Of a stretch of 32,000 nucleotides of DNA, positions 9,668-17,126 are shown piece by piece; the stretch's first letter is position 1, and each line of letters opens with the position of its first letter. The notes below the pieces were generated by a model, which searched no databases, was not told where the DNA came from, and saw only the letters and a list, made by a program, of their open reading frames with translations. Position numbers and translations under genes: made by a program. The DNA comes from an uncultured delta proteobacterium (lineage in GTDB: Bacteria > Desulfobacterota > Syntrophobacteria > Syntrophobacterales > Syntrophobacteraceae), in assembly GCA_963717485.1 (NCBI GenBank), contig OY970341.1:1316067-1348066 (forward strand), given 5' to 3'.

Positions 9668-10663
9668 ATGAAACCACGTGTAGTTGTTACGCATTGGATA
9701 CATAACGAGGTTGCGGATTACCTCGGAAGTTCGTGTGATCTCCTGCTGAACCAGACCAGGCTCACGCTCCCTCGATCAGTAATTACCGAAAGGACGGAGG
9801 GGGCGAACGCAATAATGGTATTCATGCCGGACAGCTTAGATGAGGAGTTTCTCTCCGCCTGTCCGAATCTGAAGGTTGTGGCGGCGGCGCTAAAGGGCTA
9901 CGATAACTTCGATGTTGACGCCTGCACCCGGCGGGGCATCTGGTTTACCATTGTTCACGATCTCCTGACGGTCCCTACCGCGGAACTGGCAATCGGTTTA
10001 CTGTTGAGCCTGACGCGAAGGATGCCGGAGGGAGATCGGTTGGTGCGAACCGGACAGTTTGCCGGCTGGAGACCGCAGCTCTATGGGACCGGGCTTAGTG
10101 GAGCGGTATGCGGGATCATCGGACTTGGGGCCGTTGCAAGAGCATTGGCCAAGCGGTTGAAGGGTTTTGACGTGGATGTCCTATATTCTGATATCGTTCC
10201 GCTGCCTGCATCCGAGGAAGAGGAGATTGGCGTCCGGAGGGTCTGTCTGGAGGATCTGCTTCGGAACAGTGACTTTGTATTTCCGCTCGTGCCACTTCGG
10301 CCTTCGACTTTTTATCTTATCAATCGAAAGACCCTTTTACTCATGAAAAAGGGAGCATTCCTCATAAATGTCTGTCGTGGGTCGGTGGTCAATGAGGAGG
10401 ATGTAGCCGATGCGCTGCGGTGCGGACAAATTGCAGGATACGCGGCCGATGTTTTCGAAATGGAAGACTGGGCAAGAACGGAGCGGCCATCCGCCATCTC
10501 ACCTTATCTCATTGAGAATATTGAGAATACTTTCTTCACCCCGCATCTCGGATCGGCTGTAGATTCAGTTCGTCGCGAGATCGCAATGGAGGCAGCACGA
10601 AACATTATCCAGTGCCTGAATGGGGAAGTTCCAATGGGTGCGGTCAACCGGCCTGTTTCATAG
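9668..10663 (+). CDS. ptxD: NAD-dependent phosphite dehydrogenase
   Basis: Collinear by eye with Pseudomonas stutzeri PtxD as I recall it: ALKGYDNFDVDACTRRGIWFT, DLLTVPTAELAIGL, NVCRGSVV, YAADVFEMEDWAR..RP, FTPHLGSAV (Arg/Glu/His catalytic positions present). It follows ptxABC-type transporter genes. Confidence 0.9.
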   Translation: MKPRVVVTHWIHNEVADYLGSSCDLLLNQTRLTLPRSVITERTEGANAIMVFMPDSLDEEFLSACPNLKVVAAALKGYDNFDVDACTRRGIWFTIVHDLLTVPTAELAIGLLLSLTRRMPEGDRLVRTGQFAGWRPQLYGTGLSGAVCGIIGLGAVARALAKRLKGFDVDVLYSDIVPLPASEEEEIGVRRVCLEDLLRNSDFVFPLVPLRPSTFYLINRKTLLLMKKGAFLINVCRGSVVNEEDVADALRCGQIAGYAADVFEMEDWARTERPSAISPYLIENIENTFFTPHLGSAVDSVRREIAMEAARNIIQCLNGEVPMGAVNRPVS

Positions 10664-10746
10664 CTCCCTTTCAGCATCAACTTGCCAATTGAAAGTCTTG
10701 GCGTGTCTTATCGCCGTCGCCGCCACCCTGTTGTCAGGGCAATGAA

Positions 10747-11121
10747 CTATCTCTTGTCTGCTGCCCAAGTCCACGTTTGGCCCTTGACGTTCCAGGCGTT
10801 GCCGTTCATATGTCTGCCGGAGATTCGACCCTGCCGTTCGGCGAATTTTTTGTTTGTTTCCATGTAGATCGTATCGCCATCCTGTTTCCAGGCACCGTTC
10901 TTGTAGAAACCTTGCGGAGACTTGTAGTGCAAGGCGCCATCCGGTTGGAAGTGGTACTCGTAGTAATCGCCGTCGGAATCTATACCAGCCCAGATAGTCC
11001 CAGCGACGCTTGGAGTCGGAGAATGGCTTGGAACGGCAGACGGCTGATTGGTCTGCTGTGCGGCGACAAGAGCCGGCAGCAGCATGAGCAGCATGAGTGC
11101 AAATACCGAAAATCTCTTCAT
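10747..11121 (-). CDS. Small secreted protein of unknown function (paralogue 1)
   Basis: Signal peptide MKRFSVFALMLLMLLPALVAA. The mature part is rich in W/G/D/Y (GTIWAGIDSDGDYYEYHFQPDGALHYK...WNVKGQTWTWAADKR). I recognise no family. Confidence 0.7.
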   Translation of the reverse strand: MKRFSVFALMLLMLLPALVAAQQTNQPSAVPSHSPTPSVAGTIWAGIDSDGDYYEYHFQPDGALHYKSPQGFYKNGAWKQDGDTIYMETNKKFAERQGRISGRHMNGNAWNVKGQTWTWAADKR

Positions 11122-11203
11122 CTCTTTTTCCCCTTTTGTAGTGCCCTGATAATAATTGTGTGTGGGTCTCCCTTCGCCTCCACACGATTGTCAGGGTAAT
11201 GAA

Positions 11204-11563
11204 CTATCTCTTGTCTGCCGCCCAGGTCCACTTTTGGCCCTTGACGTTCCAAGCCTTGCCTTTCATATGTGTGCCGGAGATGCGACCCTTCCGTTCGGCG
11301 AATTTGTTGTGTGTTTCCATGTAGATCGTATTTCCATTCTGTTTCCAGGTGCCTTTCGTATCGAAACCGGCCGGAGCCTTCCAGTGCAAGGCGCCATCCG
11401 GTTGGAAATGGTACTCGTAGTAATCGCCATCGGAATCTATACCAGCCCAGATAGTCCCAGCGACGCTTGGAGTCCGGGAATGGGGCTGATTGGCCTGCTG
11501 TGCGGCGGCAAGGGCCGGCAGCAGCATGAGCAGCAAGAGTGCAAGTACCGGACATCTCTTCAT
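11204..11563 (-). CDS. Small secreted protein of unknown function (paralogue 2)
   Basis: Signal peptide MKRCPVLALLLLMLLPALAAA. Most mature residues are identical to paralogue 1, with a 5-residue gap after the signal peptide. Confidence 0.7.
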   Translation of the reverse strand: MKRCPVLALLLLMLLPALAAAQQANQPHSRTPSVAGTIWAGIDSDGDYYEYHFQPDGALHWKAPAGFDTKGTWKQNGNTIYMETHNKFAERKGRISGTHMKGKAWNVKGQKWTWAADKR

Positions 11564-11621
11564 CTCTTTTTCCTCCTTTTGTAGCGCCCGAAAAATAATT
11601 GGGTTGTGGATCTCCCTCCGC

Positions 11622-11685
11622 CTAATCCTCGACCGGGACTTTTTTTGATCTCTCCTGTTTCTGGATGCTACTGCTGCCGCTTGGG
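11622..11685 (-). repeat. arfB remnant R3 (3' tail of arfB), direct repeat of 12301-12363
   Basis: ctaatcCtcgacCgggactttttttgaTctctcctgtttCtggatgc vs ctaatcTtcgacAgggactttttttgaCctctcctgtttTtggatgc. It translates ..IQKQERSKKVPVED*, as does the ArfB C-terminus. The toxin's last codons and stop lie inside it. Confidence 0.8.
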
Positions 11686-11973
11686 AATTCGTGTCTTCCA
11701 GGATTGGGGCTCACGGTGAAGATGCATGATGGCAATGATGAGCAGGGTCTTGCCCCTGATCTGATAGATGATTCCATATGGAAAGCGCTTCGTGCGACAG
11801 CGCCTTGTTCTCTTTGAAACCAAGGGCCAAGCTTCAGGGTATTCGGCGATTCTGACGATTGTTGCCTTGACCTCATCAGAGAACTCGAAACCAAGTCCTT
11901 CAGTTTGGGCATTATAGTAATGGACGGCCTCGATGAATTCTGATTGTGCCGGCTCAAGGAACCGGACGTTCAT
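11668..11973 (-). CDS. Type II toxin, RelE/ParE family
   Basis: 101 aa. ParE-like pattern (FLEPAQSEFIEAVHYY ... RFPYGIIYQIRGKTLLIIAIMHLHREP). Start overlaps the antitoxin stop (ATGA at 11970-11973). Confidence 0.8.
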   Translation of the reverse strand: MNVRFLEPAQSEFIEAVHYYNAQTEGLGFEFSDEVKATIVRIAEYPEAWPLVSKRTRRCRTKRFPYGIIYQIRGKTLLIIAIMHLHREPQSWKTRIPKRQQ

Positions 11974-12200
11974 CGGGGCTTCTTATCCATCTGCTCAAAA
12001 ACTTGCCTGGCGGAAATGGCCTGAATTTCGCCGCGGTCAAATGCATCCAACCGCTCTTCCGCCTCTTTCCCCCACAACGCGTCTATTGCCTCTTGAGATG
12101 GCAGGTCCAGGCTCGACAGGAGACTCTCTGCGATTTCTGCCCGCTCGGCAGGGGTGAGCGATAATGCCTCTTTGAGAACCTCTGTGCCTTTAGATGACAT
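11970..12200 (-). CDS. Type II antitoxin ('addiction module component' / Unstab_antitox-like)
   Basis: 76 aa. LSLTPAERAEIAESLLSSL...WGKEAEERLDAFDRGEI is the typical pattern of this antitoxin family. AAGAAAGGA SD upstream. Confidence 0.75.
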   Translation of the reverse strand: MSSKGTEVLKEALSLTPAERAEIAESLLSSLDLPSQEAIDALWGKEAEERLDAFDRGEIQAISARQVFEQMDKKPR

Positions 12201-12300
12201 GCTAATCGATCCTTTCTTGCCAAAATTCTAACACAAAAGGGTAGCTTAGAGCGAGATGGTTTTGCCTTATGCAACTGACCGGGCGATGAGTGCCTTCCGG

Positions 12301-12726
12301 CTAATCTTCGACAGGGACTTTTTTTGACCTCTCCTGTTTTTGGATGCCATGCTGCTTCTTCTCATTCAGGCGGCGGAGCTTTGCCGCTCGGCTCACTCGC
12401 GTCTTTTTTCTTGTCGGGACCTGTTTAACAGCATTGCGCAGAAGTTCGATAAAGCGCTCGAGAGCCAGTTCCCGGTTGGCAGCCTGGCTGCGGGTCTTTT
12501 GCGATATGACCCGAAGGACGCCATCCTTGCCGATGCGGCTGCCAATACGGCGCACAATAAGTTCTTTCTGCTCCGGGGAGAGGCTGGGGGAGTTTACCAC
12601 GTCGAACCAGAGCGTCACGCGAGAGCTCACCTTGTTAACGTTCTGGCCTCCGGGTCCGCTGCTTAGTGATGCGGTGAACCTGAGTTCATCCTCGGGCAGA
12701 GAAACTTTATCTGTTATCGCAATCAT
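12301..12726 (-). CDS. arfB: Alternative ribosome-rescue factor ArfB (peptidyl-tRNA hydrolase, GGQ protein)
   Basis: MIAITDKVSLPEDELRFTASLSSGPGGQNVNKVSSRV..., with the GGQ motif and the basic C-terminal tail typical of ArfB/YaeJ (~140 aa). Start taken at the internal Met 31 of track ORF 12301..12816. Confidence 0.85.
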   Translation of the reverse strand: MIAITDKVSLPEDELRFTASLSSGPGGQNVNKVSSRVTLWFDVVNSPSLSPEQKELIVRRIGSRIGKDGVLRVISQKTRSQAANRELALERFIELLRNAVKQVPTRKKTRVSRAAKLRRLNEKKQHGIQKQERSKKVPVED

Positions 12727-12884
12727 GCGCTTTCCCTCTACGGGGAGAATCCTGCCCGCACCGGTAAATAAAGAGCACCGCCCGTTCACTTGAGAAATAG
12801 GTACTCCGTTCCACATGGGAGACTGGAAAGATAATATGTACCTGCTGAGATAGACTATAGATAAGGTAATTAACCCAAAGAAAC

Positions 12885-12925
12885 ATATAAAAAGCCGCTA
12901 CGCGCACATTAGTGCGCTACGCGGC
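12885..12925 (-). terminator. Rho-independent terminator after the carbonic anhydrase gene
   Basis: On the minus strand: gccgcgtagcgcac-taat-gtgcgcgtagcggc (5 bp + 3x3 internal loop + 6 bp), followed by ttttt. Confidence 0.6.
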
Positions 12926-13031
12926 ACAACCCGCGCCGGCCCACATTGGACTGCGTCTTTCAGTCGCGGTGGGCCGGCGGCGGGTGGCCTTTACAATCAC
13001 CGGCAAAAAGTTTGCTTCTCCAGAGGTATCG

Positions 13032-13718
13032 CTATTTCTCAAGGAGCCTTACCGTCCCGTCATCGAGATCATATTTGGCGCCTACTATCTTTAGCTTTCC
13101 CTCATCGACAAGCGACCGGATTACCGGTGACTGCTTGACCAGGGATTTGGCAACCAGTTTGATGTTGTTGTCAATGGCCGATTCCACGAGGTCCGATTTA
13201 CCGGCGCCCTTGACATCTTTTTTAGCCTGCTTGACCGCCGGAGCAATCGTTTTGATAATGGCGCCGATATTTCCGTGCGGAGGGCCTTGCGATTGGACGG
13301 CAGCAGTCACGGCGCCGCAGCGTTTGTGACCAAGGACCATGACCAGAGGGCAGTTGAAGTGCTCGGCGGCATATTCGATGCTTCCGAGGATAACGGGGTC
13401 CGGAACGTTGCCGGCCACTCGCACGACGAAGATTTCACCCAACCCCTGATCGAAGATAATTTCGGGAGGGACCCTCGAGTCCGAGCAGGCAAGGATTATG
13501 GCAAAAGGTTTTTGCCCGGTTGCCAGGGCCTCCCTTATACTGGGAGTGCTCGTCTCACGAATCGTTATCTGGTTTGCTACAAAGTGCAGGTTTCCATCCA
13601 TCAGTTTGCTAAGAGCTTCATCTGCCGTAAGACCGGGACCTGCTTCAGATGCGGACACAAGCGCTGAGGCAAACAACACAACGTATAAACATAGAATAGA
13701 CAATAAGTGACACTTCAT
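13032..13718 (-). CDS. Beta-class carbonic anhydrase with N-terminal signal peptide
   Basis: AGGAGG SD before ATG 13718. Signal peptide MKCHLLSILCLYVVLFASALVSA. Beta-CA motifs CSDSRVPPE and GHKRCGAV. Confidence 0.85.
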   Translation of the reverse strand: MKCHLLSILCLYVVLFASALVSASEAGPGLTADEALSKLMDGNLHFVANQITIRETSTPSIREALATGQKPFAIILACSDSRVPPEIIFDQGLGEIFVVRVAGNVPDPVILGSIEYAAEHFNCPLVMVLGHKRCGAVTAAVQSQGPPHGNIGAIIKTIAPAVKQAKKDVKGAGKSDLVESAIDNNIKLVAKSLVKQSPVIRSLVDEGKLKIVGAKYDLDDGTVRLLEK

Positions 13719-13825
13719 TTTACGGCCTCCTGGAATTGGGGGTCTTGTGTTATGAATCAATCTATAATTTGCTGCAAATCATAATCTGTTTCAAGAGCAA
13801 AAGGCGGGAAACGGGTCCGGATTAA

Positions 13826-13863
13826 AAGTAAAAAGCCGAATCGGTGGGGCGGACCGATCGGCT
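13826..13863 (-). terminator. Strong rho-independent terminator, about 390 nt downstream of the nearest minus-strand ORF
   Basis: On the minus strand: gccgatcggt-ccgcccc-accgattcggc (10 bp, one bulged U), followed by tttttactttt. Confidence 0.7.
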
Positions 13864-13986
13864 TTGAGGAGGAAAGAGTTTATTTTCGCTATATTAGTAG
13901 AGCAACTTTGATGCCAAATCGGGCTAAAAATATTTCACGAATAATTATAGCTATGTAGAGCCGAATCAGTAATAGTTATTATAACT

Positions 13987-14030
13987 AAATCACGACATAA
14001 AGCAGCCATTTATTGGAAATCACGCCATAA
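13987..14030. repeat. Two 14-bp direct repeats, AAATCACGaCATAA / AAATCACGcCATAA, spaced 30 bp start to start
   Basis: 13987-14000 and 14017-14030 differ at one position. They lie in an AT-rich non-coding stretch. Confidence 0.6.
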
Positions 14031-14253
14031 TCGCGCCTCCTAACGGTGGCTTTGGATGCGCTCGGCGGGATTTTCGAATTTTCAAAATTGTCTGGATTCC
14101 AGGATTATCTGAATTTCTCGGTGGAAGAGACCTATGTCGTAGAATTGTTCAAGGTGCACCTGGAGCGCTAAATACAGAGACCACATATCGAAGAGCGCAG
14201 CCAACCCCCTTTTTGGGGACTTCCGCATTCCTTCAAATGTTCATCAGGCGGCA

Positions 14254-14511
14254 TTAGCCGTGTATTTCCTGGGCAATCTCAACGGCGCCGCTCACGAAAG
14301 CCAGGGCGATGCATCGGGCGTAATCCTCACTGAGAGCGTCCCCCTCAAGCCTTTCGTGTTCGTAGCTCTCGCAGCTCTGGCAGGAAAACCCTGGCCATTT
14401 ATTACGAATGGTGTGGTCGAGACATTCACCATAGTTTCGGCAGAACACGTTTCGCCTCACCTTGTCGCAACTTTCCACAGCCATGTAGCGTTCCGGTTTC
14501 CTACTTCCCAC
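14254..14511 (-). CDS. Cys-rich small protein of unknown function (85 aa)
   Basis: GTG 14511 lies 5 nt after GAGGAGG. Six Cys, including C-x7-C-x5-C-x13-C-x2-C (SCDKVRRNVFCRNYGECLDHTIRNKWPGFSCQSC). I recognise no family. Confidence 0.55.
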   Translation of the reverse strand: MGSRKPERYMAVESCDKVRRNVFCRNYGECLDHTIRNKWPGFSCQSCESYEHERLEGDALSEDYARCIALAFVSGAVEIAQEIHG

Positions 14512-14532
14512 GACAGCCTCCTCAAGTTTTAA

Positions 14533-14550
14533 GGACCATGTTTATGGTCC
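14533..14550. promoter_or_regulatory. Inverted repeat GGACCAT-gttt-ATGGTCC just upstream of the Cys-rich gene's SD
   Basis: Perfect 7-bp arms, 10 nt upstream of the SD. Possible operator or 5'-UTR hairpin. Confidence 0.3.
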
Positions 14551-14773
14551 ATTAAATAACTGCCCGTACGCTGAATTGAAATAAGGTCAAGCAGGGTATT
14601 TGAATACTTTATCACTGTATTTTCCTGGCATGGATATACTGGCAAGTAGAGCGTCTTATTTGTCGGATTATTTCTATCAACTCGAATCAATTAAATTTCC
14701 CTCCTCAGCACGAGTCCGCAGGTCATGTAGCTAAGGTGACATGAGCCTTTTTCGCTCGCCGATATCGCTGCGG

Positions 14774-15835
14774 TCATTTGTTTTGGGCCTCCGGCTGACC
14801 GGAGTGATTAAGAACATTCACCAGCACTTCGACTTTTGCATCAGGGCTGAGATCCGTTTCGATTTTCAGGACAGCCTGTTTGCGGGACCCGGCCGGAACA
14901 TTCTCCAGCTTTGGCTGGACCTCGAGGATGAAGCCCGTTTGATCTTCCAACGTCTCCTGCCAGACCGACATCAGGTTCTGGTCATAGGTTAGCCGGGTAA
15001 TCTCAAAAGGTTTGTTCCGATTGCTGACCACCACCACTCTGCCAACACGTTCCGGCTGGCCGGTGCACAGTTTTCCGATCAGAATATTTTGCGGCTTTGC
15101 GGAGATCTCGCCCTCGATAAACCCACTCACACGGATGATTATGTCAGGTTTCTGAGCCAGATCGGTATCCAACTTGATAAACCCGCCGTAGTTTCCATTA
15201 CTTATCTTATTGGAAACCCTCAGTCTGTAGTGCTCTCCCTCTGCGACTGTTTCGAGTGTGTAGGCTATGTCTTCACTGAGGTTGCTCTCAGTGCCTGAAA
15301 TATGAAAAGGAGTAGATCCCTCCAGGTCCAAAACGGATTCGGAGAGCTGGTCGGGCATTCCCCTAAACAAAATGTTCGTTGAAGGTTTGACATCGACAAT
15401 GGCCTGAACAGTCCCCTCGATCCTTACGACCATTTCCGGGTTATTCGGATCGTTGCTCAGGACGGTTGCCTTTTTGAGAACCTTCCCCTGAAAGTTTTTC
15501 AGGTTTACCTTCACTATCACCTTTCCCTCGCCACCGGGAGGGATTGCCGGATCGAACCGGGCGGCTGTGCACCCTCACTCAACCCGGACGCGCTCAATAT
15601 TGAGCGGGACCTTCCCGGTGTTTCTGACGGTGAATTCGTGTTCTATCTCGGTGCCTTCCATGACCACGCCGAAATCATATTCGGGCTGCTTTATCTGAAT
15701 CGACGGCTGAGCCGTGGCCGCAGGAGCCTGGTGCTTTGCACTTGGCGCCGTTGTTGCGGTGAATGCGGGCGAGGAGCAAAAAGCGATGCAAAGAGCGACA
15801 GCGATAGTAGTTTTTTTCCGAGCGCAAGTTTTCAT
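14774..15835 (-). CDS. DUF1573-domain secreted protein with an in-frame UGA (15575-15577) at the conserved Cys position; selenoprotein candidate or nonsense pseudogene
   Basis: Track ORFs 15575..15835 and 14774..15520 share one frame. Read through, the sequence is signal peptide - YDFGVVMEGTEIEHEFTVRNTGKVPLNIERVRVE-UGA-GCTAARFDPAIPPGGEGKVIVKVN. DUF1573 proteins have ..SCGCT.. at this point. The downstream part has no start, SD or signal peptide of its own. Confidence 0.65.
15524..15560 (-). promoter_or_regulatory. Candidate SECIS-like hairpins downstream of the UGA
   Basis: mRNA sense. CCGG-UUCGAU-CCGG (15560-15547) has its loop starting 18 nt after the UGA. UCCCUC-CCGGUGGC-GAGGGA (15543-15524) is a 6-bp stem whose loop can refold to a GGU apical triloop about 39 nt after the UGA. 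Confidence 0.3.
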
Positions 15836-15929
15836 TCGGTTTCCCTTCAGGTACGGACATCGGATATTTGAACTCAGAGGGCTGATATCGCAATTTGTAA
15901 ACTCATGTCTTCGCCCTCCGGCAATCGTC

Positions 15930-17096
15930 TCACTTGTTCATCAGGTCATGGACTGCAACGATCTCGATTCCTTTTTCACCGAAATAAGCAGCCCCTTCCT
16001 GCAATGATCTTAAAGTTGTCTTACGAGGATGTCCAATAGCGAGAGCCGTGCCACGGATCTTGGCTATCTCCACAAGTCGTGCAATTTGGGAGCGAATGGC
16101 TTCCGCAGATGGATCGTCATCAAGAAAAACGTCACGCTTAAGGGTCGGAATCTTCAGTTCCCGTGCCACTTTCCACCCTTTGCTCTCATTGGTCGTCATA
16201 CTGTCGACAAAAAAGAGACCGCGTCCTTTGATCTCAGAGAGTACGGTTTTCATGACCTGGGCATCTCGGGTCATCCGCGAGCCCATGTGGTTGTTGACCC
16301 CATCGAAGTAAGGGGAAGTATCGAGGGCCGCCTTGATGTTCAGTCGTATTTGATCGGCCGGCATTGAAAGCATGAGCGCCCCGGGGCCCGGGTTCTCTTT
16401 GGGGTTCAAAGGCTCCATCGGAAGGTGAAGCATGACTTCCCTGCCTTCCAGATGGGCGAGTTCTGCGATCTCGCGGCTGTGCGCCAGGTGTGGCAAAACA
16501 GACAAGGTCACAGGGAAAGGAAGCGAGGCGAATTGTTTGGCGATCCCTACGTCGATTCCAAAATCGTCTATAACGATTGAAACTTTCGCCCGCGTAGGCG
16601 AGATATCCGGGGAGGCCACGCCGGCGGGTTGAGGCGGGGGCTTGGCCTTGGGCGCGTAGGCGAGAGGAGGTAAAGCTTGGCGCAAGGGCAACTGAGCCGC
16701 ATTATCGCTGCCCAAAGGTGATCTTTCGGTCTTTTCTTCAGACTGTTCCACAACGGGGGGTAAATCGCTGAAATGTTCCCGTTTTGGGCTTGCCGGTTCC
16801 ACTTTAGCGCCTGATGGCGCAGTGCCGCCTTGGGAGTTTTTTGCCGTCTTCGGGTTCGACAGGTCGGCAGTCGCCGGATCAGGAAGGCGGCGGTTTTGTG
16901 CGGCGAAATAGATAAGAGACGTCAAAAATATGACCGCGACTGCCCATGCAACCAAAAGAGGAATCGGAGGCCTTTTTTTCGGGGCGGGGGGACCTCCCTT
17001 TGGACGGTCTTTTTTGCGCCCGCCCCGTGCCCTCGAGGTTTCAGTCCGTTTTCCCGGCGGCAAATTCTTTTTCTCCGGCTGCCTGCCTTGAGTCAT
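15930..17096 (-). CDS. Divergent polysaccharide deacetylase family protein (YibQ-like) with basic/Pro-rich N-terminus and one TM helix
   Basis: KVSIVIDDFGIDVGIAKQFASLPFPVTLSVLPHLAHSREIAELAHLEGREVMLHLPMEP matches the YibQ-type domain. It follows a CtpA-type protease, a common gene pairing. Confidence 0.8.
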   Translation of the reverse strand: MTQGRQPEKKNLPPGKRTETSRARGGRKKDRPKGGPPAPKKRPPIPLLVAWAVAVIFLTSLIYFAAQNRRLPDPATADLSNPKTAKNSQGGTAPSGAKVEPASPKREHFSDLPPVVEQSEEKTERSPLGSDNAAQLPLRQALPPLAYAPKAKPPPQPAGVASPDISPTRAKVSIVIDDFGIDVGIAKQFASLPFPVTLSVLPHLAHSREIAELAHLEGREVMLHLPMEPLNPKENPGPGALMLSMPADQIRLNIKAALDTSPYFDGVNNHMGSRMTRDAQVMKTVLSEIKGRGLFFVDSMTTNESKGWKVARELKIPTLKRDVFLDDDPSAEAIRSQIARLVEIAKIRGTALAIGHPRKTTLRSLQEGAAYFGEKGIEIVAVHDLMNK

Positions 17097-17126
17097 TCAG
17101 ACCAAAGCCGTAAGGTCGCCATTCTC

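Larger units (their letters stand above)
10712..11621. repeat. Tandem duplication (two units of about 455 bp), each carrying one small secreted-protein gene plus its flanks
   Basis: 10747-11121 and 11204-11563 align along their whole length. The upstream leaders (11122-11200 vs 11564-11621) and the ~35 bp after each stop (..gtcagggcaatgaa / ..gtcagggtaatgaa) also match. Confidence 0.85.

Noticed and set aside
10658-11584. Four 140-175-aa ORFs (10658..11185 -, 10777..11199 +, 11118..11555 -, 11156..11584 +) over the duplicated region.
   Set aside because: They are alternative frames or strands of the two signal-peptide-bearing paralogues. They appear in pairs only because the DNA is duplicated, and none has an SD or export signal.
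12912-13710. Plus-strand ORFs (12946..13329, 13275..13667, 13498..13710) opposite the carbonic anhydrase gene.
   Set aside because: They are antisense to a CDS with clear beta-CA motifs, SD and signal peptide.
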